The position numbers and the translations under genes are program-made. 64,000 nt of DNA from an uncultured Gammaproteobacteria bacterium (GTDB lineage: Bacteria > Patescibacteriota > Patescibacteriia > UBA11705 > JABHMO01): the NCBI GenBank assembly GCA_964590105.1, contig CAZPYM010000001.1:236746-300745 (forward strand), given 5' to 3'. Of this stretch, positions 27,316 to 37,585 are shown one piece after another; positions within the stretch are counted from its first letter, which is position 1, and every line of letters begins with the position of its first letter. The notes under the pieces were generated by a model. It was not told where the DNA came from and searched no databases. It worked only from the letters and a program-made list of their open reading frames with translations.

Positions 27316-28101
27316 TTATTTTGTGAATTGCTGAATAAAGACTTCAGGAAATCCCTTGTGACGCATTTCTTTGACATGTTCTTTAGGCTCGTACTTTGTT
27401 CTATAGTATGTTACATTGATCCCAGAGGTTTCAATGGTGAGAATTGCATAAGTGAAGTGCAGACAGCCGTCTTTATCCGGCTTTTCACCGTCAATCGGAC
27501 GGCCAATACTGCCCGGATTAATCAGATAGCGTCTGCCTTTTGCCATATGAAAGATCTGACCGAATTGGTGGCAGTTTCTTTCTACGTAAGTGCCACGCGA
27601 AGACATGAAAATCGGAAAAGTATTATTGCCAAGAATCAGAATATTAGCATTGGCATAGAATGACTGCAAGAGGTCCAGTTCGCTGTGAATGCTGATTGTG
27701 TCATTGATCCGGCGGCCGCCGGTTGAATCAGCAAGAGTTGAATGTCCCATGACCAGCACATATCCGGTTATGATCGGGATGTGCTTGATCATTGTCATTT
27801 TGCACATCAGTGATCGGGTTTCCGGGTTGAACTGCGCCATTGTGAGGAGCAGCATTTTGTGCATATGCTCGCTCATTGGTCCAGCAAAAGTTCCATAGCC
27901 AACCAAATGCTCCATCTCACCGCGGGTTACAATAAATCGTCTTTTCATGGCAAGTTCCCAGCATTCGCGGGAGTGTGGTCCGTAGCCAATGACATTGCCC
28001 GCGCAGAAAATATGTTTGACTTGGTGGCGGCTGGCTTCAGTAAGAAATGCCTGCAAGGCAACCATGTTGCCGCAAATATCAGAGATGATTGCTAATTTCA
28101 T
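27316..28101 (-). CDS. Metallophosphoesterase-fold protein with degenerate metal ligands
   Basis: SDICGN, GNVIGYGP, RGEME, GNNT, INPGSIGRP; SD AGGAGG. Confidence 0.8.
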   Translation of the reverse strand: MKLAIISDICGNMVALQAFLTEASRHQVKHIFCAGNVIGYGPHSRECWELAMKRRFIVTRGEMEHLVGYGTFAGPMSEHMHKMLLLTMAQFNPETRSLMCKMTMIKHIPIITGYVLVMGHSTLADSTGGRRINDTISIHSELDLLQSFYANANILILGNNTFPIFMSSRGTYVERNCHQFGQIFHMAKGRRYLINPGSIGRPIDGEKPDKDGCLHFTYAILTIETSGINVTYYRTKYEPKEHVKEMRHKGFPEVFIQQFTK

Positions 28102-28277
28102 GCCGTCCCTCCTTTAAAATTTTTAAAAATCAGTTTCATTTTAGTATATCATGAGCAATGGCTGATGTCAAGCACGTTGATTTTGCGCGTTCATGTAATT
28201 ATGATAAAATATAACAAATTTTGGTAAATACAGTTTTGTTGTGAAGTTTTTAAATTAATTTAAAATTCAATAAGTAT

Positions 28278-28799
28278 ATGGACATAAAAAGCAAAATTCG
28301 CGAGGTGTCTGACTGGCCAATTGCCAGCGTCAATTTCAAAGATATAACAACTTTGCTAGAAGATGGCGAAACATTTCGTTATGTTATTGATAAAATGATT
28401 GAACCATTTAATGATCAAAAAATTGACAAAATTGTGGTCCTGGATGCCCGCGGTTTTTTATTGGGCACGCCCATGGCTTATAATTTGGGCATTGGCGTGT
28501 GTTTGGTCCGGAAGAAGGGCAAGCTGCCATATAAAACCGTTGAAGCTTCATATATGAAAGAATATGGACCTGACACAGTGACTATGCACGAAGACACAGT
28601 CAAACCGGGCGAGAAAGTTTTAATTGTTGATGATCTTTTAGCAACCGGAGGAACTCTTGGCGCGGCGATTGAACTGGTTGAAAAGTTGGGCGGAGACATC
28701 ATTGGCGTGAGTTTAATTATTGATTTGCCGTTTTTGGGTGGAAGCACCCAATTCGCAAAATATAATCTTAAATATTTAGTTTCATACGATTCAGAGTGA
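28278..28799 (+). CDS. apt: Adenine phosphoribosyltransferase
   Basis: FKDIT, DARGF, RKKGKLP, VDDLLATGGT. Confidence 0.95.
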   Translation: MDIKSKIREVSDWPIASVNFKDITTLLEDGETFRYVIDKMIEPFNDQKIDKIVVLDARGFLLGTPMAYNLGIGVCLVRKKGKLPYKTVEASYMKEYGPDTVTMHEDTVKPGEKVLIVDDLLATGGTLGAAIELVEKLGGDIIGVSLIIDLPFLGGSTQFAKYNLKYLVSYDSE

Positions 28800-28868
28800 G
28801 GAAAAGAGATACTAAGAGATTGAGAAGATTAAGACAATCAAGAGCTTTAAAGAAATAAGAGTGCAAAT

Positions 28869-29234
28869 ATGGGAGTGTCATTTAAAGAGTTGCGTGTGTG
28901 GCAAAAAGGTAATCAGCTATTATTATAGGTTTATGATATTACAGCAAAATTTCCCAAAGAAGAGAGATTCTCTTTAATCCAACAATTAAGAAAATCAGCA
29001 AATTCAATTATTGCAAATATTGCTGAATGTCATGGTAGATTTTATTTTAAAGATAAAATACGGGTTTTATATATTGCAAGAGGTGAACTTGATGAGACAA
29101 GAAGTCATCTATTAGTTGCTTTTCAGTTGAAATACATTTCGGAAGAAATTTATCAAGAATTGGAAAATGAATATGCAGGTTTGCTTATCGGGATCAATGA
29201 ATTCATATTAAACTATAAAAAACGCATTAATTAG
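28869..29234 (+). pseudogene. Four-helix-bundle protein (23S rRNA-IVP/bAvd-like family) with in-frame TAG at codon 20
   Basis: MGVSFKELRVWQKGNQLLL*VYDITAKFPKEERFSLIQQLRKSANSIIANIAECHGR...IARGELDET; TAG at 28926-28928. Confidence 0.85.
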
Positions 29235-29298
29235 AATTTGGTATTCGATTTTTGTACTCTTAATCTCTTATTCACTTAATCTCTTGTATTTAAATTAT

Positions 29299-30063
29299 AT
29301 GCACAAATTTGGTATCATTGGAGGAAGTGGGCTCGACGACCCGAAGCTGCTTGCAAATTATTTGGAAGTTGAAGTTGATACGCCATTTGGCAAGCCTTCA
29401 AGTAAACTAACAACCGGCCAGATTGGCGGGCATGAGGTTGTGCTTATTGCCAGACACGGCAAAGATCATTCAATTATGCCGACGAAAGTTCCATTCAGGG
29501 CAAATATTTGGGCGCTAAAAGAGCAAGGCTGCACGCATGTTTTGGCGACGACTGCCTGCGGATCATTAAAAGAAGAAATAGCTCCAAGCGATTTTGTTTT
29601 CCTAGACCAGTTTGTCGACTTTACCAAACACAGGATTTTAACTTTTTATGAAGACCCAGCCTTCGCTAAAGCTACGGCCGGCGAGAAGGTTGTTCATACG
29701 CCTATGGCTGAACCGTTTGACAAGAATTTGCGAGCTAAACTGATTGAAGCCGCACGCCATCTTAACCTCAAATTTCATGAAAAGGGGACTATGATCACTA
29801 TTGAAGGTCCAAGGTTTTCCACTAAAGCTGAAAGTCACTTATTTAGAAGCTGGGGAATTGATGTAATCAATATGTCTACTGTTCCAGAGGTAATTTTAGC
29901 TAATGAACTTGGCATTCCTTATCAATCAATCGCCATGGCCACTGATTATGATTGCTGGAAAGAAGGAGAAGAAGCAGTAACGCTTGAAATAGTTTTTGCG
30001 CGGATGGCGGAAAATGCGGATTTGGTAAAAAAATTACTACTTGAAACAATTAAAAACTCATAA
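29299..30063 (+). CDS. mtnP: S-methyl-5'-thioadenosine phosphorylase
   Basis: [39 protein letters not shown]. Confidence 0.92.
   Translation: MHKFGIIGGSGLDDPKLLANYLEVEVDTPFGKPSSKLTTGQIGGHEVVLIARHGKDHSIMPTKVPFRANIWALKEQGCTHVLATTACGSLKEEIAPSDFVFLDQFVDFTKHRILTFYEDPAFAKATAGEKVVHTPMAEPFDKNLRAKLIEAARHLNLKFHEKGTMITIEGPRFSTKAESHLFRSWGIDVINMSTVPEVILANELGIPYQSIAMATDYDCWKEGEEAVTLEIVFARMAENADLVKKLLLETIKNS
29656..29685. repeat. 30-nt palindromic repeat inserted in frame ([10 protein letters not shown]) in MTAP
   Basis: CCAGCCTTCGCTAAAGCTACGGCCGGCGAG; 20/30 identical to the intergenic copy at 30249-30278. Confidence 0.65.
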
Positions 30064-30221
30064 TAAATCACAAGAAAGGGATATATCAAGGCTCCCTTTT
30101 TGTGTTGCCTAAATTTACACGCATTAGCGCAAAGGTTATCCACACATACCCTTGCTGACCCCTTTTGACACTTCCTGCACTGTGCTAAAATGTAATTGAT
30201 AATATGCAAAAGACAAACAAA

Positions 30222-30288
30222 CCCTTCGACTCCTCGTTCCTTGTCGCTCCTGTCTTCGTTGAAACTATGACAGGCAGGCAGGGTGACA
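30222..30288. repeat. Intergenic REP-like element containing a second copy of the 30-nt palindrome
   Basis: CCTGTCTTCGTTGAAACTATGACAGGCAGG (30249-30278) nested in CCCTTCGACT...CGCT/CAGGGTGACA. Confidence 0.5.
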
Positions 30289-30305
30289 AATTAAAATAAA
30301 ATAGT

Positions 30306-30548
30306 ATGGAAATTAAGCCTGATGAATTATACACAACGGAAGAAGCGCAAAGCTTTCTTAGAATTAGTAATAGTACTATTAAAAGATTAATCAAAAACGG
30401 TTTGATTAAAGCAAATAAGATTGGCGGACGCTATCGGATACTTGGAAAGGATCTGTTGCATGCGATTTCACCTGAAGTTGAATCCAGAACTGCTAATTTT
30501 TATATTAAGATAAAGAAAAAGATTAAGGAAAAAGTGGAGGATTGGTAA
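30306..30548 (+). CDS. Xis/MerR-type helix-turn-helix DNA-binding protein
   Basis: YTTEEAQSFLRISNSTIKRLIKNG.IKANKIGGRYRI. Confidence 0.85.
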   Translation: MEIKPDELYTTEEAQSFLRISNSTIKRLIKNGLIKANKIGGRYRILGKDLLHAISPEVESRTANFYIKIKKKIKEKVEDW

Positions 30549-30563
30549 ATAGCTTATGAAAAT

Positions 30564-31844
30564 ATGAATATAGTATGTATTGGCGCCGGCTATGTCGGAC
30601 TTGTCAGCGGAACATGCTTGGCGGAATTGGGACATAACGTCACCTGCGTTGATAATGACGAGGAAAAAATTAAATTACTAAATTCTGGCCAGGTTCCGTT
30701 TTTTGAGCCAGGTTTATCAGACCTGATTACCAAAAATCAACAATCGGGTTCGTTAAAATTCGCTTCATCGCTTTCTGACATTATTAAAAATGCTGATATT
30801 GTCTTTATTTGTGTTGGAACGCCGCCAAGAGAAAATGGACAAGCGGATCTAGGCTTTGTCTTTCAGGTCGCGGAAGATATAGGCAAAATACTGGATAAAC
30901 ATATTGTTGTTGTAACAAAAAGCACTGTGCCGGTGGGGACAAATCAGAAAATTAAAAAAATAATTAAAAAAAATTATCAGGGTAATTTCGATGTGGCTTC
31001 TTGTCCTGAATTTTTACGTGAAGGATCAGCGATAAATGATTTTATGAATCCCGATCGAATTGTGATCGGGACAGAAGCAGCGGGCGCAAAAAGACTGCTT
31101 TTACAACTTTATGAAAAGATAGATTGTCCAAAAGTTTTGTGTAATTTAGAAACCGCTGAAATGATTAAATACGCCGCCAACGCTTTTCTGGCTACAAAAA
31201 TTTCCTTTATAAATGAAATTGCCAATGTTTGCGAAAATGTTGGCGCTGACGTTGAACAAGTTGCGGAAGGCATGGGGCTTGATAAACGAATTGGAAAAGC
31301 ATTCCTTCGCGCGGGAATCGGTTATGGAGGCAGTTGTTTTCCAAAAGATGTAAGAGCGCTACATCATATTGCCGGGCAAAACGGCTATCCGTTTCAATTA
31401 TTAAGGGCGGTTATTGAAGTGAATAATCAGCAAAGATGGTTGTTCTACAAAAAAATAAAAGAAGCTCTTGGCTGCCTAGAAAATAAAACAATTGCAGTTT
31501 GGGGATTGTCATTTAAGCCTGACACTGATGATGTCAGAGAATCAATAAGTATAGATTTAATTGAAAAATTAGTTGAGGATGGCGCGATTGTAAAGGCATA
31601 TGATCCTCAGGCAATGAAAAACACGCAAAAAATATTTGGGGATAAAATTCAATATTGCTTTTCCGCAGAATATGCGATCGAGAATGCTGATTGTTTATTG
31701 ATAGTTACTGAATGGGATGAGTTTATGAATTTTGATTTTAGTGCTGTCTTTAAGATGAAACAAAAAATAATTCTTGATGGAAGAAATTTATTTCGCAAAG
31801 AAGAATTGGCGATTAAAGGATTTAAATATATAGCTATTGGTTAG
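30564..31844 (+). CDS. ugd: UDP-glucose 6-dehydrogenase
   Basis: GAGYVG, KSTVP, PEFLREG, GYGGSCFPKD, FKPDTDD. Confidence 0.95.
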   Translation: MNIVCIGAGYVGLVSGTCLAELGHNVTCVDNDEEKIKLLNSGQVPFFEPGLSDLITKNQQSGSLKFASSLSDIIKNADIVFICVGTPPRENGQADLGFVFQVAEDIGKILDKHIVVVTKSTVPVGTNQKIKKIIKKNYQGNFDVASCPEFLREGSAINDFMNPDRIVIGTEAAGAKRLLLQLYEKIDCPKVLCNLETAEMIKYAANAFLATKISFINEIANVCENVGADVEQVAEGMGLDKRIGKAFLRAGIGYGGSCFPKDVRALHHIAGQNGYPFQLLRAVIEVNNQQRWLFYKKIKEALGCLENKTIAVWGLSFKPDTDDVRESISIDLIEKLVEDGAIVKAYDPQAMKNTQKIFGDKIQYCFSAEYAIENADCLLIVTEWDEFMNFDFSAVFKMKQKIILDGRNLFRKEELAIKGFKYIAIG

Positions 31845-31969
31845 CACATTAGCCTGCCCCTGTCCCTACCTATATGTTAGGAAGCAATATAATCCAGTCA
31901 AAACCATTAAACAAGGCAAATGAAAATTATTCGTTATTCTTAATGCTATAAATATTTTTCTGTTAAAAT

Positions 31970-33631
31970 ATGAATTTGAATTTCAAAAAATACTTTCAGC
32001 ATCCTGCATTAATCTATATAATATATATTATTTTTATAATTTTATGTTCGCCCAGCGGTTTTTCTTGGTTAAATAAAATCATTTTTTCTTTATGCGCGCT
32101 TGTCCCGTTCTGGATAGTTCGCGAGAAATTATTAAATTACAAAAAAGCAAATATCCTACCTATTAATTTGTCAAAATACAACAAGTATTTTGTCGCGTTA
32201 TTGTGTTTTGCGTTATTTTTTTTTATTGCATCAAAGATTTTTCTGTTCATAAAATACGGCATAGCTCCGCTCGGCTACGATACTGGATTTTATTTAAGGG
32301 GCGTATCAGCAATGGGATTGGCGACAACAAAACTTAATGCCGTTAATGCGTATTATTTTATTTTCACGCCATTGCTATCTTTAGGAATGGAGCCTCTTAT
32401 TGCCTTTTATTCAATCTGCATATTTTCTCAGTTCTTGACGCTTATAGCCCTATGTTTCCTGCTGAAAACATTTAGGTCGCCAACGTCGTTTAATCTCGCC
32501 ATTATTGCAATATTTTTATATGCAATGTCTAGTGTTCAATTTCTTGGATATTGGAATGTCTTTGGCCAACAGCTTCTGGCAATGCCCTTTTTGTTAATTT
32601 CCGTGGCATTATTAATGCGAAGATCTGTTCTTGCGATTTTTACGGCAGGAATTACCTTTTTACTTCACACAGCGACAGCCGGGGTGCTATTTCTGGGGAT
32701 TGCTATTTATTATATAATTTATTTTTTTCAGTTATTCTCCAAAAATCGTTATTGTTACAAAAGCCATTTTTCAATCGTAATCATTGGTATAGTGCTTGCT
32801 GTGCCGTTTTATATATTAAAATCAATTACTTTCAAGGGACAACTGGATTACATTATTCATTTTGGCGGCCTGCTAAAAAATGTTCCTTTTTGGCAAATAC
32901 CTGAGTTAAGCGGCTTTTTTATTGGTATTCAGCAATTCAATATTCTGACGCTTTTTATTATTCCGCTTGCGCTTACGACCTTGCTAAATCCAGCAGTTTG
33001 GCTTCGTGAAAAAGTCAATAAATCGTTTTTCTTCAATTCTTTACTGATTAACTATGTTTTTCTAGCATTATTAGCGATTCTGGCCTTGTCCCCCGTCATT
33101 TATCAAACACGATTCAATTTAATGCTGGATCTTTTTTTAATAATATTCGCCACGCCGACAATTTTGATTTTAATTGAATATTTTATTAAAGACAAAACAG
33201 GTAGATTGATTTTACTTGCCATGATCTTTTTGTTTACTGTGAATTTTTGCCTTATTGCAAACAAGCAACAGCCTTTGATTTCAAAATCAGAACTTCAAGA
33301 AATTAAATCCCTGGCGTCAAAAGTTGAAAGTAATGCAAAAATTATGACGACAAGCAGCACATATACACCATGGCTTTATGGTTTTTATGGTCGTGAAGTA
33401 ATCGCTCCAGGCAGGCTTGGGGATACTTGGGAATTGGAAACCTGGAAAGAATTTTGGTTTGGCGATTCAGACAAAAAACGGCTTGAACTGCTAAAAACGA
33501 GGCCAATGCCACTTTATGTTTATATTGGAGAAAAAGAACTTGATGGCAATCCCTATCAAAATTTTGTCAATAATGATCCCCATTTTGAAAATATTACAGA
33601 ACACCTTTGGAAATTCAAACAGGAGTTATGA
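31970..33631 (+). CDS. Multi-pass membrane protein, probable GT-C
   Basis: Many TM helices, GYDTGFY loop, C-terminal soluble domain. Confidence 0.55.
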   Translation: MNLNFKKYFQHPALIYIIYIIFIILCSPSGFSWLNKIIFSLCALVPFWIVREKLLNYKKANILPINLSKYNKYFVALLCFALFFFIASKIFLFIKYGIAPLGYDTGFYLRGVSAMGLATTKLNAVNAYYFIFTPLLSLGMEPLIAFYSICIFSQFLTLIALCFLLKTFRSPTSFNLAIIAIFLYAMSSVQFLGYWNVFGQQLLAMPFLLISVALLMRRSVLAIFTAGITFLLHTATAGVLFLGIAIYYIIYFFQLFSKNRYCYKSHFSIVIIGIVLAVPFYILKSITFKGQLDYIIHFGGLLKNVPFWQIPELSGFFIGIQQFNILTLFIIPLALTTLLNPAVWLREKVNKSFFFNSLLINYVFLALLAILALSPVIYQTRFNLMLDLFLIIFATPTILILIEYFIKDKTGRLILLAMIFLFTVNFCLIANKQQPLISKSELQEIKSLASKVESNAKIMTTSSTYTPWLYGFYGREVIAPGRLGDTWELETWKEFWFGDSDKKRLELLKTRPMPLYVYIGEKELDGNPYQNFVNNDPHFENITEHLWKFKQEL

Positions 33632-34056
33632 AAAAAATTATAAATGGTAGACAACTAATCAAAATAGGCATATTGATATTAATAATGAATATTTGCGCTT
33701 TTATTATTTCATTTCACTACTCCTTGCTCAGATCTTTTAACATTATTTTAGGGTCGTTTTTTGTTTTCTGGCTTCCTGGTTTTTGCTTAACTTATATCTT
33801 TTTCTCTTGTATCAGCTCAAATAAATCCGAACATGAGCAGGGAAAAGAGGATCAATCATTAAATTGGGTCGAAAGAGCTTTACTGGCGCCATTTTTATCC
33901 ATTACTCTTCTTGTCTTTGAACTAACAGTTATCAAGACCTTTAATATTAAACTAGGATCTTTTTCTGCTGTCCTTGTTCTTTTATTTGTTAATCAAGCTG
34001 TTATCTTGTTTGCTCTGTTTATTTATAAATTTAATCAAAGGAATAAACTAAATTAA
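33628..34056 (+). CDS. DUF1616-like membrane protein
   Basis: FWLPGF...ERALL; ATGA overlap with upstream gene. Confidence 0.55.
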   Translation: MKKIINGRQLIKIGILILIMNICAFIISFHYSLLRSFNIILGSFFVFWLPGFCLTYIFFSCISSNKSEHEQGKEDQSLNWVERALLAPFLSITLLVFELTVIKTFNIKLGSFSAVLVLLFVNQAVILFALFIYKFNQRNKLN

Positions 34057-34060
34057 TTAT

Positions 34061-35101
34061 ATGAAAAAAGCGTTAATTACCGGCATTACAGGGCAAGACG
34101 GCTCATATCTAGCTGAATTGCTTTTGGAAAAGGGCTATGAAGTCCATGGTATAATTCGCCGAGCTTCAACATTTAATACTGGTCGATTGCAGCATATTTA
34201 TCAAGATCCGCATATAGCTAATAAAACATTGTATTTACATTACGGCGATATTTCTGATGCCAGTAACTTGAATCGAATAATAGAGAAAATAGCTCCAGAA
34301 GAAATTTATCATCTCGGCGCGCAAAGCCATGTCCGCGTGAGTTTTGATTTGCCGGAATATACCGGTGATGTCACGGGACTTAGTACTACGAGGATTCTTG
34401 ATGCGATCAAAGAAACTAAAATACCGACAAAATATTATCAAGCGTCATCTTCTGAAATGTTTGGCAAGGTATGTCAGGAGGACTTGCCGATTAATGAAAA
34501 AACGCCTTTTTGTCCCCGATCGCCATACGGTTGCGCCAAAGTTTACGCATATTGGATTACAAAAAATTACAGAGAATCATATAATATTTTTGCATGCAAC
34601 GGGATTCTTTTCAATCACGAGTCGCCTCGACGTGGTGAAACTTTTGTTACGCGAAAAATTACTCGAGCGCTCGTGCGTATTAAGCTCGGGTTTGATGAAA
34701 AGTTGTATTTGGGTAATTTAGATGCCAAGCGAGACTGGGGATATGCCAAAGATTTTGTTTACGGCATGTGGCTAATGCTTCAAGCGGATAAACCAGATGA
34801 TTATATTTTAGCTACGAATGAATCCCATAGCGTGAGGGAATTCGTGGAAAAAGCCGCTAGTTATCTTGGATTTGAAATTGGTTGGCGCGGAGTAGGAATA
34901 GAGGAAAAGGGTATAGACCGTAGGTCAGGAAAAACGATAATCGAAATTGACCCCCAGTATTTTCGGCCGACCGAAATTGATGTTTTGCTGGGCAATTATT
35001 CCAAGGCGAAAAGCATTCTGAATTGGCAGCCTGAAATTAAATTTAATAAACTGGTGGAACTCATGGTCGATTCTGACCTGAAATCCGCAGTATTAAAATA
35101 A
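34061..35101 (+). CDS. gmd: GDP-mannose 4,6-dehydratase
   Basis: [38 protein letters not shown]. Confidence 0.97.
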   Translation: MKKALITGITGQDGSYLAELLLEKGYEVHGIIRRASTFNTGRLQHIYQDPHIANKTLYLHYGDISDASNLNRIIEKIAPEEIYHLGAQSHVRVSFDLPEYTGDVTGLSTTRILDAIKETKIPTKYYQASSSEMFGKVCQEDLPINEKTPFCPRSPYGCAKVYAYWITKNYRESYNIFACNGILFNHESPRRGETFVTRKITRALVRIKLGFDEKLYLGNLDAKRDWGYAKDFVYGMWLMLQADKPDDYILATNESHSVREFVEKAASYLGFEIGWRGVGIEEKGIDRRSGKTIIEIDPQYFRPTEIDVLLGNYSKAKSILNWQPEIKFNKLVELMVDSDLKSAVLK

Positions 35102-35112
35102 ATTTTTATTCT

Positions 35113-36054
35113 ATGGAAAAAACTTCATCAATCTATGTCGCTGGGCACAAAGGATTGGTCGGGTCGGCCATTCTACGTCGATTACAAAGTATGGGGTACA
35201 GGAATTTTATTCTAAAAGACAGGAAGGATATCAACCTCATCTGCCAAAACGAAGTGGAAAATCTTTTTTCGGAGACTAAACCCGAATATGTTTTTCTAGC
35301 CGCCGCTAAAGTAGGCGGCATCATGGGAAATAAAATGCATAAAGCTGACTTTATTTACCAAAATTTACAGATTCAGAATAATATAATTTATAACTCGTGG
35401 AATAATAACGTAAAAAAATTATTATTTTTAGGTTCATCGTGCATTTATCCTCGAAACTGTCCGCAACCGATGAAGGAAGAATATTTATTAACCGGGCTAC
35501 TCGAGGAGACAAACGACGCATATGCTATTGCCAAAATAGCTGGGATTAAAATGTGCCAATCATACAATGAACAATATGGCACAAATTTTATTTCTGTCAT
35601 GCCGACGAATCTTTATGGCATCAATGACAATTTTGATATCAACAAGGGGCATGTTTTACCGTCATTAATAAATAAAATCTATTTAGCAAAAATCAATAAT
35701 CAACCTGCAGTTGAACTATGGGGCACGGGAACACCTCTCCGAGAATTTTTATATGTTGATGATTTAGCCGATGCCTGCGTTTATTTAATGAACAATTATG
35801 ATAAATCAGGGATTGTTAATATTGGAACCGGCGAAGAAATTTCTATAAAAGATTTAGCCGACATGATTAAAAAAATTGTTGGATACCGGGGACAATTGAT
35901 TTGGGATGCAAATAAACCGGACGGAACACCGCGCAAGCTTCTTGACGTTTCGTTGCTTCAAGGTCTTGGCTGGAAGCATAAAGTCAATTTAGAAATCGGG
36001 ATCCAGCAAGCGTATAATTGGTTTTTGAAAAACTATGGATCACTAAGGAGATAA
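35113..36054 (+). CDS. fcl: GDP-L-fucose synthase
   Basis: AGHKGLVG, AAAKVGGI, GSSCIYP, YAIAK, PTNLYG. Confidence 0.96.
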   Translation: MEKTSSIYVAGHKGLVGSAILRRLQSMGYRNFILKDRKDINLICQNEVENLFSETKPEYVFLAAAKVGGIMGNKMHKADFIYQNLQIQNNIIYNSWNNNVKKLLFLGSSCIYPRNCPQPMKEEYLLTGLLEETNDAYAIAKIAGIKMCQSYNEQYGTNFISVMPTNLYGINDNFDINKGHVLPSLINKIYLAKINNQPAVELWGTGTPLREFLYVDDLADACVYLMNNYDKSGIVNIGTGEEISIKDLADMIKKIVGYRGQLIWDANKPDGTPRKLLDVSLLQGLGWKHKVNLEIGIQQAYNWFLKNYGSLRR

Positions 36055-36112
36055 TGGTCGGCTGAGAGTTGTTTAAATCTGGAATAATATTAATTATATC
36101 GACTCAAACACA

Positions 36113-37576
36113 TTGAAAAATCAACAAAGTTTAAGAACGAAGGTTATACGTGGCAGTATTTGGAACGTAACAGGAACGATAGCGTCACAAGCAATCAAAA
36201 TTGTTTCCATGATTGTGATTGCCAGATTATTAACGCCGAATGACTTTGCTATTGCCGGACTATCCACTGCCGCGACGCAAATGATAATTTTGTTTGGAGG
36301 TTTTGGATTTGGTGAAGCCTTAATAGCAAGAAAAGAAATAACAAAACAAAGCTGCCATACGGTTTTTTGGACTACAGCCGCAATCAAAATCATACTTTGC
36401 TTAATAATATGCTGTCTAGCCGGAACATTAGCAAATTTTTACAAAAATCAAGAATTAGTAAAACCAATCATCTTTATCGGTGTCGGTCTTATTTTTTCCA
36501 TTGGTAATATTGTCCCTGCTAATTTATTATATAGAGAGATGCGTTTTTTTGAATTAAATGTTGTTAATTTCCTCACTGCTGTAATTTCTGTTGTCATCGC
36601 CATATTCTTGGCGATAAAAGGTTTCAGCTATTGGGCAATCATTGTTCCAGCCGTCATTATTACGCCGATTCGGACAATCACGCAATCAATTATAGTCAAA
36701 TATTATCCGAGACTAAAATTTTCATGGCAAGAGTTACGTCAAATGGCTAATTTTGGGTTTTTTATACTTGGCACAAAGCTAGCCAGATTTTTTGCGGAAA
36801 ATGGCGATTACTTGATTCTCGGCAGATTTTTACCCACCGCTTTATTTGGTCAGTACTACTTCGCGTATGAAAAGGCACGCCTAACTATCGATACCATCGC
36901 GCCGCAACTGGAAAACACACTTTTCCCAGCATTTAGTAAAATGCAGGATAATATCGCAAGGCTTCGGGATAAATGCCTTGAAGCGACGCAAATGATTTCA
37001 TGGATCACTTATCCGCTAAGTATTATTTTGATTCTATTGGCTAGACCGCTCGTGCCGATTGTTTTTGGTGAACAATGGCGGCCGGCTATAGTTGTTTTTC
37101 AATTTTTTTGTGCCTATGCCTTTACTTATTATCTGTGGGGTTCGGCGCAAATGACTCTTTATTCGCTCAGCCGACCTCAATCAATTTTTTATTTTGAATT
37201 AATTAAATTCGGTATTCTATTGCCGCTCTTATTCTATACTGGTTCAAAGGGTTTTAGCATTGAGCAAATCGCTACATACTTATTATTAATAACATCGCTC
37301 CTAAACGTTGGCATGACAATATATATTTATCGATTACTAAAAACGACCTTAAAAAAATTCATTTGTAATTTTTGTTCCTTGTGGATTGCAAGCGGAATAT
37401 TGGTGCTAACTGGTTTAATGGCAATTCATTGGCTTAACAATTTTAGTTTTTCTTATACAATTTACAATTTAATTTGTTTAGGATTAGCTGGGATCATAAT
37501 CTATGTGATTAGCTTGATGGTTTTTGAAAAAAATTTCATCGGAAAGATAAAATCAGTTGTTCAAATGATTAAATAA
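36113..37576 (+). CDS. wzx: Wzx-type polysaccharide flippase
   Basis: IARLLTPNDF, LFPAFSKMQD, 12-14 TM; TTG start. Confidence 0.85.
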   Translation: MKNQQSLRTKVIRGSIWNVTGTIASQAIKIVSMIVIARLLTPNDFAIAGLSTAATQMIILFGGFGFGEALIARKEITKQSCHTVFWTTAAIKIILCLIICCLAGTLANFYKNQELVKPIIFIGVGLIFSIGNIVPANLLYREMRFFELNVVNFLTAVISVVIAIFLAIKGFSYWAIIVPAVIITPIRTITQSIIVKYYPRLKFSWQELRQMANFGFFILGTKLARFFAENGDYLILGRFLPTALFGQYYFAYEKARLTIDTIAPQLENTLFPAFSKMQDNIARLRDKCLEATQMISWITYPLSIILILLARPLVPIVFGEQWRPAIVVFQFFCAYAFTYYLWGSAQMTLYSLSRPQSIFYFELIKFGILLPLLFYTGSKGFSIEQIATYLLLITSLLNVGMTIYIYRLLKTTLKKFICNFCSLWIASGILVLTGLMAIHWLNNFSFSYTIYNLICLGLAGIIIYVISLMVFEKNFIGKIKSVVQMIK

Positions 37577-37585
37577 AAAAATAAT

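Noticed and set aside
28926-28928. In-frame TAG as evidence of stop-codon recoding
   Set aside because: Single case. TAG and TGA terminate many clear genes here and tRNA-Trp has a normal CCA anticodon, so a nonsense mutation or read error is simpler.
28869-29234. Diversity-generating retroelement (Avd-like gene)
   Set aside because: No reverse transcriptase and no TR/VR repeat pair seen.
30306-30548. Prophage excisionase
   Set aside because: No integrase or phage genes. It heads the ugd operon and is more likely a regulator.
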